Shown here: piece after piece, positions 19,047 to 28,849 of the stretch | Numbering within the stretch: the stretch's first letter is position 1 | Layout of the letters: each line of letters starts with the position of its first letter | Source of the DNA: Candidatus Obscuribacterales bacterium | Lineage (GTDB): Bacteria > Cyanobacteriota > Vampirovibrionia > Obscuribacterales > Obscuribacteraceae | Length of the DNA: 63,421 bases | Assembly: GCA_020050835.1 (NCBI GenBank) | Contig: JAGVKB010000063.1 | Coordinates: 1-63,421 of the forward strand | Direction of reading: 5' to 3' | Position numbers and translations under genes: made by a program | The notes under the pieces: model-generated | Told to the model about the DNA's origin: nothing | Database searches by the model: none | The model's input: only the letters and a program-made list of their open reading frames with translations

Positions 19047-19994
19047 ATGGACTATTACTTAGGAGTGACCGGCCCATTAACTGACTTAACCGTGCCGAGC
19101 TCCGAGTCCGAGCGCAATCGAGTCGTTGAACCGGAGCCGTTGCTCCGCGAGCTGGCACGCTACCGTGAGTGGCTGCAAAGCCAGCCTTTGTCACCACACA
19201 CAATTCGCGCATACGGCGTTCGCGCCAAGCACTTCGTATCCTTTTTCAATCGCAGCAAGGACTCAAACTTCGGTGACTGGGATCGCATCTCTCTGCTTGC
19301 TGCCGCCGGTCGCTTCCAAACTTATCTCGAGGCCGACCCGTCAATTTCACCAAGTACAACTAACGCCTTGCTTGCTGCAGTAGAACACTTTTTCCAGTTC
19401 CTCAGGCTTCCGGAAGTGCAACTACATAGAAAGCGGATTATCACCAAGGCACCTAATTCACTCAATCCGGATCAGGAAAGACGCTATCTGGAGACAGTCG
19501 TCAAAACCGGCTCAGTGAAAGAATCAGCCCTGATACATGTTTTGCTTGCCACCGGCATTCGCATCGCGGAATGTGCCGAGCTGAAAGTTACAGACTTTGA
19601 AAGTGGTCCCTACGGTAATTGGCTTTCAATCAACTCTGCACAGGCAAGAAAGATTCCACTCGATTCAAACACAGCTGTAGTTTTGCAAGATTGGCTGCGC
19701 TTGCGCAATTCAGACAGTAGAGCCAATGTCTCCCCTGCACTCTTTCCAAATCGTCAAGGCAAGCCGATCTCGACCAGAGGAATCGATTACATCGTAAGAA
19801 AGCTGGGCTATGTGGCCCGGTTGCTAGTATCCGCCGAAGTTTTGCGGCAAACTTGTCTGCTCAAGCTTTTCAAAGGTGGTCACGATCTCAATACAGTGGC
19901 TGCAGTCACCGGCTTCAAAGCGCTTCGCAACGCACAACGCTACTGCCAGGCAGATGCAAGCAAAAATGCTATTGCGGCTGACGGCTTGTTGTAA
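19047..19994 (+). CDS. Tyrosine-recombinase (phage-integrase family) protein with non-canonical active-site residues.
   Basis: N-terminal SAM-like integrase domain (PLSPHTIRAYGVRAKHFVSFF). Catalytic-domain landmarks are LLATGIRIAE (Arg I), AQARKIP (Lys) and the C-terminal ...RNAQRY (Tyr). The HxLRH box reads EVLRQT and the second His position reads TGFKAL, so both histidines are substituted. Confidence 0.6.
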   Translation: MDYYLGVTGPLTDLTVPSSESERNRVVEPEPLLRELARYREWLQSQPLSPHTIRAYGVRAKHFVSFFNRSKDSNFGDWDRISLLAAAGRFQTYLEADPSISPSTTNALLAAVEHFFQFLRLPEVQLHRKRIITKAPNSLNPDQERRYLETVVKTGSVKESALIHVLLATGIRIAECAELKVTDFESGPYGNWLSINSAQARKIPLDSNTAVVLQDWLRLRNSDSRANVSPALFPNRQGKPISTRGIDYIVRKLGYVARLLVSAEVLRQTCLLKLFKGGHDLNTVAAVTGFKALRNAQRYCQADASKNAIAADGLL

Positions 19995-20381
19995 CGAAGG
20001 ACATTTGGCATTCGCCAGCTGGACGCTTGCGATCTGCTCTCAAACGCGTTCTCATTCACCAGCTTCTGATATCGGCCGATATCGACAGTACTGGATTCGC
20101 TAAGCGATTCGTCAACAAATCTGGCTCTTCCCAGCCGATATCCCTTGCTAGCGATTGTGGTGCTGATTAGAGTTAACGCATTCATTCCATGCGTCTTGAC
20201 AGAAAGGACAACTGACACACAGCATCATCGCCACTTCAATTCTCTCGATCGAGCGTTTATCAATAGCGTTGCGCCTATGCAATCGCTGCTCGCAAGTCCC
20301 TCATTGCCAAATGGCTAGAAGGGAAAGAAAAAGTTCTCGCTTCCCCACTGGGGCTGGAGCATAGGGAAAGGAAGGTGATCC

Positions 20382-20810
20382 GTGGACATCTTGTTCTTCG
20401 TGTCGGGCGCTTTGATCGCCTCTGTTGCTGGATTCATTTTTGCCGGCGCATTGGCAATTCGGTTAGAGCTCAAGGGTATTGAGCAGTTTGATACTTATCT
20501 TTTCGGCACCCTCCTCTGTAGCGCAGAAGGAGGATTCCTGGCGCTTTTGGTGTCAGCCAAATTCGGCTTCGCAGCTGGAGTCATAGCACTATTTTGCATC
20601 GCTCCGGCAGTCATTTTGACCTGGACAGCAGTCTGCTATCTCTCAGCCTTTGCGATGAAGGTGCTAGTGAACACATTGCGCCGTCTGATCGCCACACTGA
20701 CTTTCGTGGGCTCAATCGTGTCCTTCCTGGCGGACCGCTGTGCCGAATGTGTGCGCAGCATGCTTCCTCCCAAAGCCAGCGATAAGCGAGATTCGCAAAA
20801 ACCAGAATGA
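20382..20810 (+). CDS. Hypothetical small membrane protein (about 4 TM helices).
   Basis: 142-aa ORF, very hydrophobic throughout. Confidence 0.35.
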   Translation: MDILFFVSGALIASVAGFIFAGALAIRLELKGIEQFDTYLFGTLLCSAEGGFLALLVSAKFGFAAGVIALFCIAPAVILTWTAVCYLSAFAMKVLVNTLRRLIATLTFVGSIVSFLADRCAECVRSMLPPKASDKRDSQKPE

Positions 20811-21811
20811 TGCACGAGTTAATCGAACGGTGAGACCTGAACGCACCCAGGCTCACCTCAGCGCGAGCTGAACCAGTATGGGAATCCTACGAGGGCAGTG
20901 GGAATCTCCCCAATCGACTGTGACCGGCAGAAGTCTATGATTGTGATTGTGCAGAACATGCACCGACACGCAAAAGATTTCTAACCCGAACAAGCAAGTA
21001 AGGCAGGTAGGTAACTATGCCACGGGCCAACGCATCACAAAATCCGAAGTACAAGAGCCAATCAAACTCATCTACAAGATGGGAGTGCAACGACGGAGTC
21101 TGCACGATCGATCCGTCATTCTTGAACAAGCTCAGGTCGAGCGAACAGCCCGGGAAAGCGCATAACGGCGCCACTACTAATTCTCCCAAACAGTAGCTCT
21201 TAAGCTTCTCGCAAGATTTACCGGCTCTGGTCGGCAAACATTTGTAATGCGCTGTGCCAGCTCTGCCATTCAGAAACTGATTCCAGCCGATTAAATTCAA
21301 GATAGGTGAGCCTTCAGACCTCCTGCAATCAGGTTGACTGTTCACCAGGAATCCAGCCTGCACCAGCTCTCAGGTCTTCTCAGCCGGCTGGATCAGCGAA
21401 ATCTACACGCAGTTGCATCTGTCCTGCTCCAATTGCGAGATTGGGAGACGCATCTCCCCTCATCCTCATTGTGAAATCCCCTTCTCGGCCAGGCTGCCAT
21501 CCCCCACAGATTTGAATAACCGCTGCAACACCTGCTAATGGCTGGTGTTGTGTTGTTGTTTAGCCTGATTCGCATGAGAGCTGGGAGATTCTCGGAGCAA
21601 TCGACGCTCAGCGTCTGATTCCCACTCGATTCCGTGCTGTCAAGTTGCTCGGGCAGACAGTCCGAGCGACTGCCTTTGCTCGCCTGCTTATCCAGAGTTC
21701 ACCCGCAGCCGGAATGTCCGGCGGCGGCGAGTGGACGAAAGCATTCCGTGACCAGGGCCGTCGGAATGTCGAACTTTCAATTGGTTGGGCCCTATACCTG
21801 GAGAATTGCAA

Positions 21812-23974
21812 ATGCTAGACAATTTCCTTCCGCAGTTGACCTGGTTGATTCCCGCCCTCTTGGGTGGCGCCGTTTTTCTGTTCTTCCTCAGCCGCTGGTT
21901 GGTCAACGTCGGTCCGACGCAGATCGCCATCACCGAACGCCGCTACCTCGGCAAGAAGCTGCGCGCCGGGCGCGCCTTCGCTACCGACGGTGAAGTCGGC
22001 ATCCAAGCGCAATACTTGACGCCAGGCTTGCACTTCGTGGCCTGGCCGTTCGTCACCGTGATCAAGAAAGCCGACTTCGTAGTGATCGGCTCCGATGAGC
22101 TCGGTATCATCACCGCCGTCGACGGCGATGAGATGCCGGCCGGTCGCGTGTTTGCCGAAGACAAGGCTGGTGAGCACCACGACAACTTCCAGGACCCGGT
22201 GGCGTTCCTCGGCCGTGGGGGCATCCGTGGTAAGCAACTGCTCTTCCTGACCAACGGTACGTTCAAAATTCACCCGCTGCTCTTCTCGGTCAAGAAGATC
22301 AAGAAAACCGTGATCGCCGAAAGCAAGATCGGTGTGATCACCGCCGCTGACGGCGCGGCGCTCCGAGACGGACAGCTGCTCGGCATGCGCGTCGAAGAGC
22401 ACGACAACTTCCAGAAAGCCGAGATCTTCCTCAAGAAGGGCGGTCAAAAGGGTCCCCAGATCGACTTCCTGCGCCCCGGCACCTACAACATCTTTGACGA
22501 GATGTTCCAGGTCGAGCAGCGCGAAGCGATCTACGTTCGAGAAGATCAAGTCGGCATCGTCGATGCCAAAGACGGCGAGCCGATGGGCAAGGATGACGTC
22601 GTGGCGGCTACGCCTGATGTGGGCCGACACAACAGCTATCAGGATGGTCAGGCCTTCCTGTCCAACAACGGCAAGCGCGGACCGCAGGAATCGGTTTTAC
22701 GTCCGGGCGTGTACTACATCAACCCCTACCTGTTCAACGTCACGATGAAGTCGTTGACGGTGATCAAGCAGGGGGAATGCGGTGTTCTCATCTCCAACAT
22801 CGGGCAGGATCCCTCCAAGCTCGATGACAACGAGCCAGGCTCCTCGCCTGTCTCCACCAGCGCCACCGACCCTGAAGAGTCGCGACTCGACAAGGGTGTG
22901 CGCGGGCGTCACGTGGTTCCCGACGGCTTCCGCGGTATTCAGAAGAACGTTCTGATGCCCGGTAAGTACAACATCAACCCGCTCGCCTACACGGTGATCC
23001 CGATTCCGACCACCACCCGCTCGGTGGAATGGTCGGAGAATAAGGGCGCCCAGGATTTCGACCCGTTCTCGGTCGTCTCCAATGACGGTTTCGAAATGAA
23101 GGTCGAAGTGCGCTGCCAGTACCGCATCCTGCCCGAGAATGCGCCGTATGTGGTGCAGAAGCTCGGCTCGATCGAAGAGCTGGAGAAGAACGTCATTCAC
23201 CCGCAGATCGACGGCATGTTCCGTGCCCAGGTCTCCAAGTCGCCGGCGATCAAGTACCAGCAAGAACGCGCCAAGGAGCAGACGGAAGCCGAAGAGGCGG
23301 TCCGCAACGACCTGACGCGCTACAAGGTCGAGATCGTCTCGGTGATGATCTGCAACATCAAGCTGCCGCAAGAGTTGATGCACACCACGCAAGAGCGCAA
23401 CCTGGCCGAACAGCGCAAGGCCATGTTCGACTCTCAGCGTGAAGCGGAAGTCCGCCGCATCGAGCTCGAGAAGACCAAGTCGCAAGCCGACCAGCAGAAG
23501 GCGATGATGGAGGCGCAAACCGGCATCGAGATCGCCAAGAGCAAGGCGCTCCAAGTCCAGGAAGCCGCTCGCGGCGAAGCCGAAGCGACCAAGCTGCGCG
23601 CCGCCGCCGACGCCGAAGCGACCAAGCTGCGTGCGGCCGCCGACGCCGAAAAGACCACCAAGACTGGTCTGGCGCAAGCCGAAGTCATCCAGAAGCAGGG
23701 TGAGGCGCAAGCGGAGGCCTACCGCAAGCAGGCTGAGGCTCTCACTCCCGAAGGCCTGGCCGCAATCGAATTGGCCCGCAAGTTCACCGAAGCCAAGACC
23801 GTCCTCACGCCGGAGATCTTGATCCAGAGCGGTGGCGGCAATGGCGGCGGTAACGGCGGCATCAGCCCGATGGTCGAGCTTCTGCTCGCCCAGCAGCTGC
23901 GCAACGGACTGGCTAAGACGGCCGAAAAGGACAAGGGCGCTCCCGCTCCCGAGCCCAAAGAAGGCCAAAAGTAA
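21812..23974 (+). CDS. Flotillin-like SPFH (band-7) domain protein with an N-terminal TM anchor and a four-fold repeated N-terminal SPFH segment.
   Basis: ATG at 21812 is preceded by GGAG. There is a TM helix (LTWLIPALLGGAVFLFFL). The SPFH core contains FEMKVEVRCQYRI. The flotillin-type C-terminal region has EA-rich coiled coil (EAEATKLRAAADAEATKLRAAADAE, AQAEAYRKQAEA). Between the TM and the core are three extra copies of a roughly 90-aa unit (HDNFQ..FL..GG.RG.Q...L.PGTY.I.P.LF.V...). These units resemble the first SPFH beta-segment that follows the TM helix. Confidence 0.8.
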   Translation: MLDNFLPQLTWLIPALLGGAVFLFFLSRWLVNVGPTQIAITERRYLGKKLRAGRAFATDGEVGIQAQYLTPGLHFVAWPFVTVIKKADFVVIGSDELGIITAVDGDEMPAGRVFAEDKAGEHHDNFQDPVAFLGRGGIRGKQLLFLTNGTFKIHPLLFSVKKIKKTVIAESKIGVITAADGAALRDGQLLGMRVEEHDNFQKAEIFLKKGGQKGPQIDFLRPGTYNIFDEMFQVEQREAIYVREDQVGIVDAKDGEPMGKDDVVAATPDVGRHNSYQDGQAFLSNNGKRGPQESVLRPGVYYINPYLFNVTMKSLTVIKQGECGVLISNIGQDPSKLDDNEPGSSPVSTSATDPEESRLDKGVRGRHVVPDGFRGIQKNVLMPGKYNINPLAYTVIPIPTTTRSVEWSENKGAQDFDPFSVVSNDGFEMKVEVRCQYRILPENAPYVVQKLGSIEELEKNVIHPQIDGMFRAQVSKSPAIKYQQERAKEQTEAEEAVRNDLTRYKVEIVSVMICNIKLPQELMHTTQERNLAEQRKAMFDSQREAEVRRIELEKTKSQADQQKAMMEAQTGIEIAKSKALQVQEAARGEAEATKLRAAADAEATKLRAAADAEKTTKTGLAQAEVIQKQGEAQAEAYRKQAEALTPEGLAAIELARKFTEAKTVLTPEILIQSGGGNGGGNGGISPMVELLLAQQLRNGLAKTAEKDKGAPAPEPKEGQK

Positions 23975-23986
23975 GGCATAAGTGAA

Positions 23987-24022
23987 GCTCGGATCGGACG
24001 GTTTCAAACCACCGATCCGAGC
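23987..24022. repeat. 11-bp perfect inverted repeat (gctcggatcgg / ccgatccgagc) with a 14-nt loop, 12 nt after the flotillin stop.
   Basis: Seen in sequence. Terminator-like. Confidence 0.45.
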
Positions 24023-24350
24023 CTGTCACCGGGCCGCAACGGCAGCGGGGTAGCCGGCAGAACCGACGGGTTTTGCCAGCTATCTCCGCTGCTCCTTCTC
24101 TTGCTCTTGGGCGATTGCAAAGGCTTTGGCCGCAAGCCTGGAGACCTTATGTATTGCCCCGTCTTACTAGCTTTAGTAGTATTTATTTTCGAAAAAAGTT
24201 TGACGAGAGGAAGGCTCCGGTGCAAGCAGCAAACAAGCTCGAATCGCTTGATCGCTGCTTGCACCGGATTGCGTTACTTCCAATTGTGGTTTCGGCGGCG
24301 GTATCAGAGAGAGACCGTGGGGCGGCTCGCCGGAAGCCTGCTGCGAGGAG

Positions 24351-24932
24351 TTACTTCGGGCCGGTAATCTGCTCGCGAACCCTCAGGTCGCTCCAGGGAT
24401 CATCGGGATCGATGTTCAGGCTGCGCTGGTAGCGATTGAGATCGCCGACATTGGCGGGCGGAATCAGATCCGACCGGCCGGCTTCCAGGCGAGCGGCGAC
24501 GCGCTTGCCCTTGGTGTGCCCATCCAGATAGCCTTGCTGAAACCAACCCCAAAGAGGCTTGCTCCATGCTTGCTGCTGGTAGAAGGTCTGCCAGGAGAAG
24601 AACGTGTCGTAGTTGTCGGCCGGGCGCTGACCTTTAAGGACGAAATCAACGACACCGTAGTAGTAGCCGATCTCAAAGCCCTTGTTGTAGATATAGGCGG
24701 CCCGGTACGCGTCGTACGGCTTCTTGCCCTTGCGCACCAGCTCCGAGTAAATCGCCAGATGCCCGCCGTTGGCGGCGCCGGGATCGGCCTGTATCTTGGC
24801 TGCATAAATTTGCGCTTCCGAGGGCTGAGCCTGAGCAGCCGCGCTGCCGGTAAACGAAGCCAGCGTGACCAATACCAGCAAAAGTGCGCCGACGGCTCGG
24901 GCGCACCAAAAACCTCGCGTTAACAGATGCAT
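24351..24932 (-). CDS. Secreted hypothetical protein (signal peptide), aromatic-rich.
   Basis: N-terminal signal-like sequence (AVGALLLVLVTLASFTGSAAAQA). Rich in Y/W/F. Last gene of the minus-strand array. Confidence 0.45.
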   Translation of the reverse strand: MHLLTRGFWCARAVGALLLVLVTLASFTGSAAAQAQPSEAQIYAAKIQADPGAANGGHLAIYSELVRKGKKPYDAYRAAYIYNKGFEIGYYYGVVDFVLKGQRPADNYDTFFSWQTFYQQQAWSKPLWGWFQQGYLDGHTKGKRVAARLEAGRSDLIPPANVGDLNRYQRSLNIDPDDPWSDLRVREQITGPK

Positions 24933-25062
24933 TCTGATTCTCCTTCGTAAGTTCAGGAAACTTCGTCGCGACTGGATGCCGATCTGGTCCTTTTTACAAG
25001 AGCCAGATTCGGCGGCCGGAAACAGCGGAGCGGCAGATGCCGCTCCGCTGTCCGGACAATGC

Positions 25063-27267
25063 TTACTGCTTGCGGGCAGACCGCTTCTTACGCGGCGCCT
25101 CGTAGCGAATCGAGAGCAGCTTGCCCGGACGGTCCGAGCCGGACTGCGGCGCCAGCGGATCGCTCGGCGGCGGTTCCGGAGCGGGTTCGGTCACCGGCGG
25201 CTTGACCGAGCTGGGGACGATCAAAGCTTCCGGTTTCTTGACGCTCAGGTCGTTCATCTTGTCGGTCAACCGCTGCATGCTCAGCTGCAGCATCTGCAGA
25301 GAGCTTGTGTTGACCAGCTGTGGGACGTCGGTCGGATCGACTTCGCCGTCGGCGATCAGCTGGTAGAAGGCGATCGCCGCCGCGGCCGCCACGTAAGTGG
25401 CGTACACGTCGCCGACGCCTGCCGGCAGCTCGAGCTTGACGTCTTCGCCCGCCAGAACGCTCTTGATGTGCTTGACGAGCGCGTCGACGAGCATGTCCAC
25501 CTTGTCCTGGCGCTTGCGCGTCCAGGCGACGATGTCGTGATTGCTCTTGCCCTTGAGCGCCGCAAACGGCGTCATCAGGATAGCCTCGGCGACAATCGGC
25601 GCAGCCTGCACAAGATCCGACATGCGAATCTTGATCGGGTCGCGCTTGCCGCTCGCGTCCTCCCAGATGATAAACTCGGGCTTCTTGGAGCCGACCGCCG
25701 AGTCCGCCAAATCGCGGATCTCCTGAGCCTCCTCCTTGAACCCGAGCAGCTCGAGGGCCGCCGCCAGCATGTAGACACGGAAGTAGTCCACCGGATGCGG
25801 CTCGAACCAGAGTTCACCCTTCTTGCTGACCTGGAAGTACGAGTTGGTGCGCAGCAGCTCCTTGGTGCGGATTGCGCCAGCACGCTTGGAGTTGAAGGCG
25901 CCGAAGACGTACAGCATGTTGAGAGCGAACGCCCAGCCCGACAGCTCGAGAGCCACCAGGTCGGCATCGATCTCACCGAGCTCGTCCAGGAATACCTTGC
26001 TGATCAAGTCGATCATCGGCACCTTGGTCTTGCCCAGCATGATGTGGTCGACGGACAGCTTCAGCCGACCGGAAGTGCTGGCATCGCGCAGCGTCGACAG
26101 CAGCGCCTTGCCTTCCTCTTCAGCCAAGCCCTTGATGTCGGCGAAGATGTCGTGACGGAACTCGTGGAGGTAGAGCACCATCATCAGCATGATGATGCCG
26201 ACTTCGTCCTCGGGTACGAGGATCAGGTGCAGGCCGACCGGACCGCTTGCACCGGGAATGGTGGCAGGTCCGTCTTCGCCGGCGTGCGGCAGGAAGCTGT
26301 TGCCGATCATGAAATTGACCGTGTCAGCCAGCGCCTGCTGAGCCTTGCCTCGAGCAGCTTCGATATCGCCGGTCAAGAAGAGGTTGAACGCTTCCTCGAC
26401 CGTGACGGTGACGGCCTGCAGCGGCGCGTACTCGGGATCGTCCAGCTGCTCGAAAGCCTGAACGTAGTGGTCGAGCACGTAGAGAATCTGCTGGAGGTCC
26501 TCCTGCTGGTCGATCAACTGCACCGCAGCCGCTCGTCGCTCCCCTTCCGGCGAGTCCGGAAACTGCATCGTCACCATGTCGAACGCCTTCGGCAGAGCAC
26601 TCTTGTACAGCTCCCGCAACTTGCCGAAATGATTGTCGAGGCTGTCGATGCCGGCGATGTACTTGCCGAGCTTGCGGGCCCGGCGCAGAGTGTTGCGGGA
26701 GGGGTTGAACTTCTTGGCGACGGTCGCCTTCCAGCGCTCGTCGAAGAAGCACAGCCGAATCACCTCGGAGGCGACGCGATTGGCGTTCGCGTTGGCCTTG
26801 AGTTTGCGCCCCCCTTTGCGGCCGCTGCGGCCGGCGCTCGCAGTGCCGGGCCCGCCCGAGCCTTTGTCGTCGGCGCTCTTCATCTTCTTGACGGTCGCGA
26901 AGATGTCACCGAGCGTGCGGGGCTTGCGGCTGCGAATGCCGTCCGCCTCCTCAACCTCGGACTCCGGGTCGCCGTCGAGCGAAAGGCTGCCGGAGGCCAA
27001 CATGGCCTGCACGTCCTGCAGCACCTTCTGCTCGCTCGGAATCGGAAACTCCGGACGCCCGCGCCCGAGCATGTCGACGAGATGACGCCGGCAGCAAGGC
27101 TTCTGGCAGTCATCCGGATGATTGTGCTCGGCTTCCTTGTTGGTGCCGAGCCGGGGCTGGCCCGACTTGATCACCAGGCGGCCGCGGCAGCAGGGATGAT
27201 CCTTGTCGATCGCATCGTTGTGAGAATGATCGTTGAAAATGCCCTTGCGAAGAGGTTTCTTCTTCAT
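25063..27267 (-). CDS. Large (about 735 aa) hypothetical protein with a His/Cys-rich N-terminus and a single HExxH motif, possibly a Zn metallopeptidase.
   Basis: Start set at MKKKPLRKG, which has an AGGAG RBS 7 nt upstream; the longer ORF begins at 27342. The N-terminus has HSHNDAIDKDHPCCRGR...HNHPDDCQKPCCRRH. The central segment has MMVLYLHEFRHDIF (HExxH). The C-terminal 50 aa are Pro-rich. Confidence 0.5.
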   Translation of the reverse strand: MKKKPLRKGIFNDHSHNDAIDKDHPCCRGRLVIKSGQPRLGTNKEAEHNHPDDCQKPCCRRHLVDMLGRGRPEFPIPSEQKVLQDVQAMLASGSLSLDGDPESEVEEADGIRSRKPRTLGDIFATVKKMKSADDKGSGGPGTASAGRSGRKGGRKLKANANANRVASEVIRLCFFDERWKATVAKKFNPSRNTLRRARKLGKYIAGIDSLDNHFGKLRELYKSALPKAFDMVTMQFPDSPEGERRAAAVQLIDQQEDLQQILYVLDHYVQAFEQLDDPEYAPLQAVTVTVEEAFNLFLTGDIEAARGKAQQALADTVNFMIGNSFLPHAGEDGPATIPGASGPVGLHLILVPEDEVGIIMLMMVLYLHEFRHDIFADIKGLAEEEGKALLSTLRDASTSGRLKLSVDHIMLGKTKVPMIDLISKVFLDELGEIDADLVALELSGWAFALNMLYVFGAFNSKRAGAIRTKELLRTNSYFQVSKKGELWFEPHPVDYFRVYMLAAALELLGFKEEAQEIRDLADSAVGSKKPEFIIWEDASGKRDPIKIRMSDLVQAAPIVAEAILMTPFAALKGKSNHDIVAWTRKRQDKVDMLVDALVKHIKSVLAGEDVKLELPAGVGDVYATYVAAAAAIAFYQLIADGEVDPTDVPQLVNTSSLQMLQLSMQRLTDKMNDLSVKKPEALIVPSSVKPPVTEPAPEPPPSDPLAPQSGSDRPGKLLSIRYEAPRKKRSARKQ

Positions 27268-27368
27268 GAGGTTGCTCCTATCTTTCGCCATTTGGACTGA
27301 AGAGACACAGCCGAACCCGGACAGCTCTCTTGCGAGAGCCATCCGGGCCGACCGAACAGAACTGAGAG

Positions 27369-28772
27369 TTATCGAGACAAAACCTTCCGCAGCGCCGTTA
27401 CGAGCACTGCAACGGAAGGCATTGCCCGATACTCGGGAATGTCGAGCCGCAAGTAGCGGTTGATCGGCGCGCTCGGCGTGATGATTGGGTCACCGGCCTG
27501 CAGCGCTTCTTTCACCGCACCGGGCGAGATGTTCACACCATCGAAACGCACGCAGACGATCGACGGCACAAGCGGGCATCCGGCAGATTCGCAAAGAACG
27601 CTTACTCCCTCGATGAGAGAGAGCGCCTCCACCACCTGCCGCCGCCGCACTCTGACTTCGGCCAGGCTGCTTTGCCGGCGAGCAGCGAAGTCGGCTCCGC
27701 TGCCCCTCGTGTAGAGGTAGAAGAGACCAGCCCGCATCGATGCCACCTCCGGCAGTGACACGGCACCCAGCTTCAGCAAGCGAGAGTCGAGCCGCGCTTG
27801 CCATTCCGGGCTGAACTGGAAATGACAGAACCAGCGCTTGGCACCGCGTTCGGCACAAGCATTGGCCTGCGCCACGAAGTCTACCAACAGCTCCGCCGAG
27901 AGAGCCGTAGCGGAAGCCGTCAGCAGCCCTCCTAGCGCCTTGGCCGAGCCGAACATGTACGCATCGCAGTACGACAGCGGCGCGGCAATCTCCTCGGAAG
28001 GCAGACGGCCGATCGCCTGAATGGCATCCACCATCAGATAGACCATCAACCCGCGCGAGCGAAACTCAGCCACCAGCGCGCCCACCTCTTTGACAGGCAG
28101 GATGCGGCCGGTCTTGCTGACTTGCGGCAGCACGATCAGACCAGCGCTGTTGCGTTTTTCGAGCTCGCGGCGAATTTCTGCTACCAGCTCGTCATTGCTC
28201 TTCTCTTTCAAGCTGAGCACGCGGTCCGAAAGCTGAATATTCACCGGATACGGCATGACCGGATCGGCCTGGTAGAAGAGCGAGCTGTTCGGCTGGAACA
28301 TCACCGCGTCCACCTGGTTGGGGTCCTTGCCTCGCAGCGTGGCCGGCACCAGAGAGCCGCCTTCATCGGTCGTAAGCGTCCAGAAGGAATTGCTGCCTGG
28401 GTCTCCCCGAGCTGCGGCTGCGGCCAGTGCGACGTGCCCGATCAGGCGCGACACGTTGAGGATGGCTGCCGTACCGCTCGCATCGAGAAAAACAGGCGTC
28501 TCTCCCGGCAATTGCAGAACATCGCGAGCCATGGACCGAGCCCACTGCGTCTCCTGGACATAGAACTCGTTGAGGGCATCGAGATCGCCGAGCAAGCTCT
28601 TCACCGTCTTGAAAACATGCAGAGCCGGGGCTGTCATACTGGTCGTCGGCGAGGCGATTGTCGCGCCTCCCCACCAGTTCGGCCACTTCTTGCGCCATGT
28701 CGGTCCATGCTCGGGCAGAACAGCGACCGCCGGCGAGATTGGCAGGAATGAACGAGGATCAAACAATGACAT
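27369..28772 (-). CDS. Class-V aminotransferase / cysteine-desulfurase-fold PLP-dependent enzyme (divergent).
   Basis: Motifs LMVDAIQAIGRLP and YCDAYMFGSAKALGG correspond to the class-V vDa.Q..G..p and d..s.S.HK..G signatures, with the Lys in SAKA. Length 467 aa. Confidence 0.6.
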   Translation of the reverse strand: MSLFDPRSFLPISPAVAVLPEHGPTWRKKWPNWWGGATIASPTTSMTAPALHVFKTVKSLLGDLDALNEFYVQETQWARSMARDVLQLPGETPVFLDASGTAAILNVSRLIGHVALAAAAARGDPGSNSFWTLTTDEGGSLVPATLRGKDPNQVDAVMFQPNSSLFYQADPVMPYPVNIQLSDRVLSLKEKSNDELVAEIRRELEKRNSAGLIVLPQVSKTGRILPVKEVGALVAEFRSRGLMVYLMVDAIQAIGRLPSEEIAAPLSYCDAYMFGSAKALGGLLTASATALSAELLVDFVAQANACAERGAKRWFCHFQFSPEWQARLDSRLLKLGAVSLPEVASMRAGLFYLYTRGSGADFAARRQSSLAEVRVRRRQVVEALSLIEGVSVLCESAGCPLVPSIVCVRFDGVNISPGAVKEALQAGDPIITPSAPINRYLRLDIPEYRAMPSVAVLVTALRKVLSR

Positions 28773-28849
28773 AAGTCCCTCCTTGCGGGGGCCATCAGCG
28801 GTTACGGTTTAATTGCTTGCTTGAAAGCGCGTGAGAGCGCTTCGCTTGG

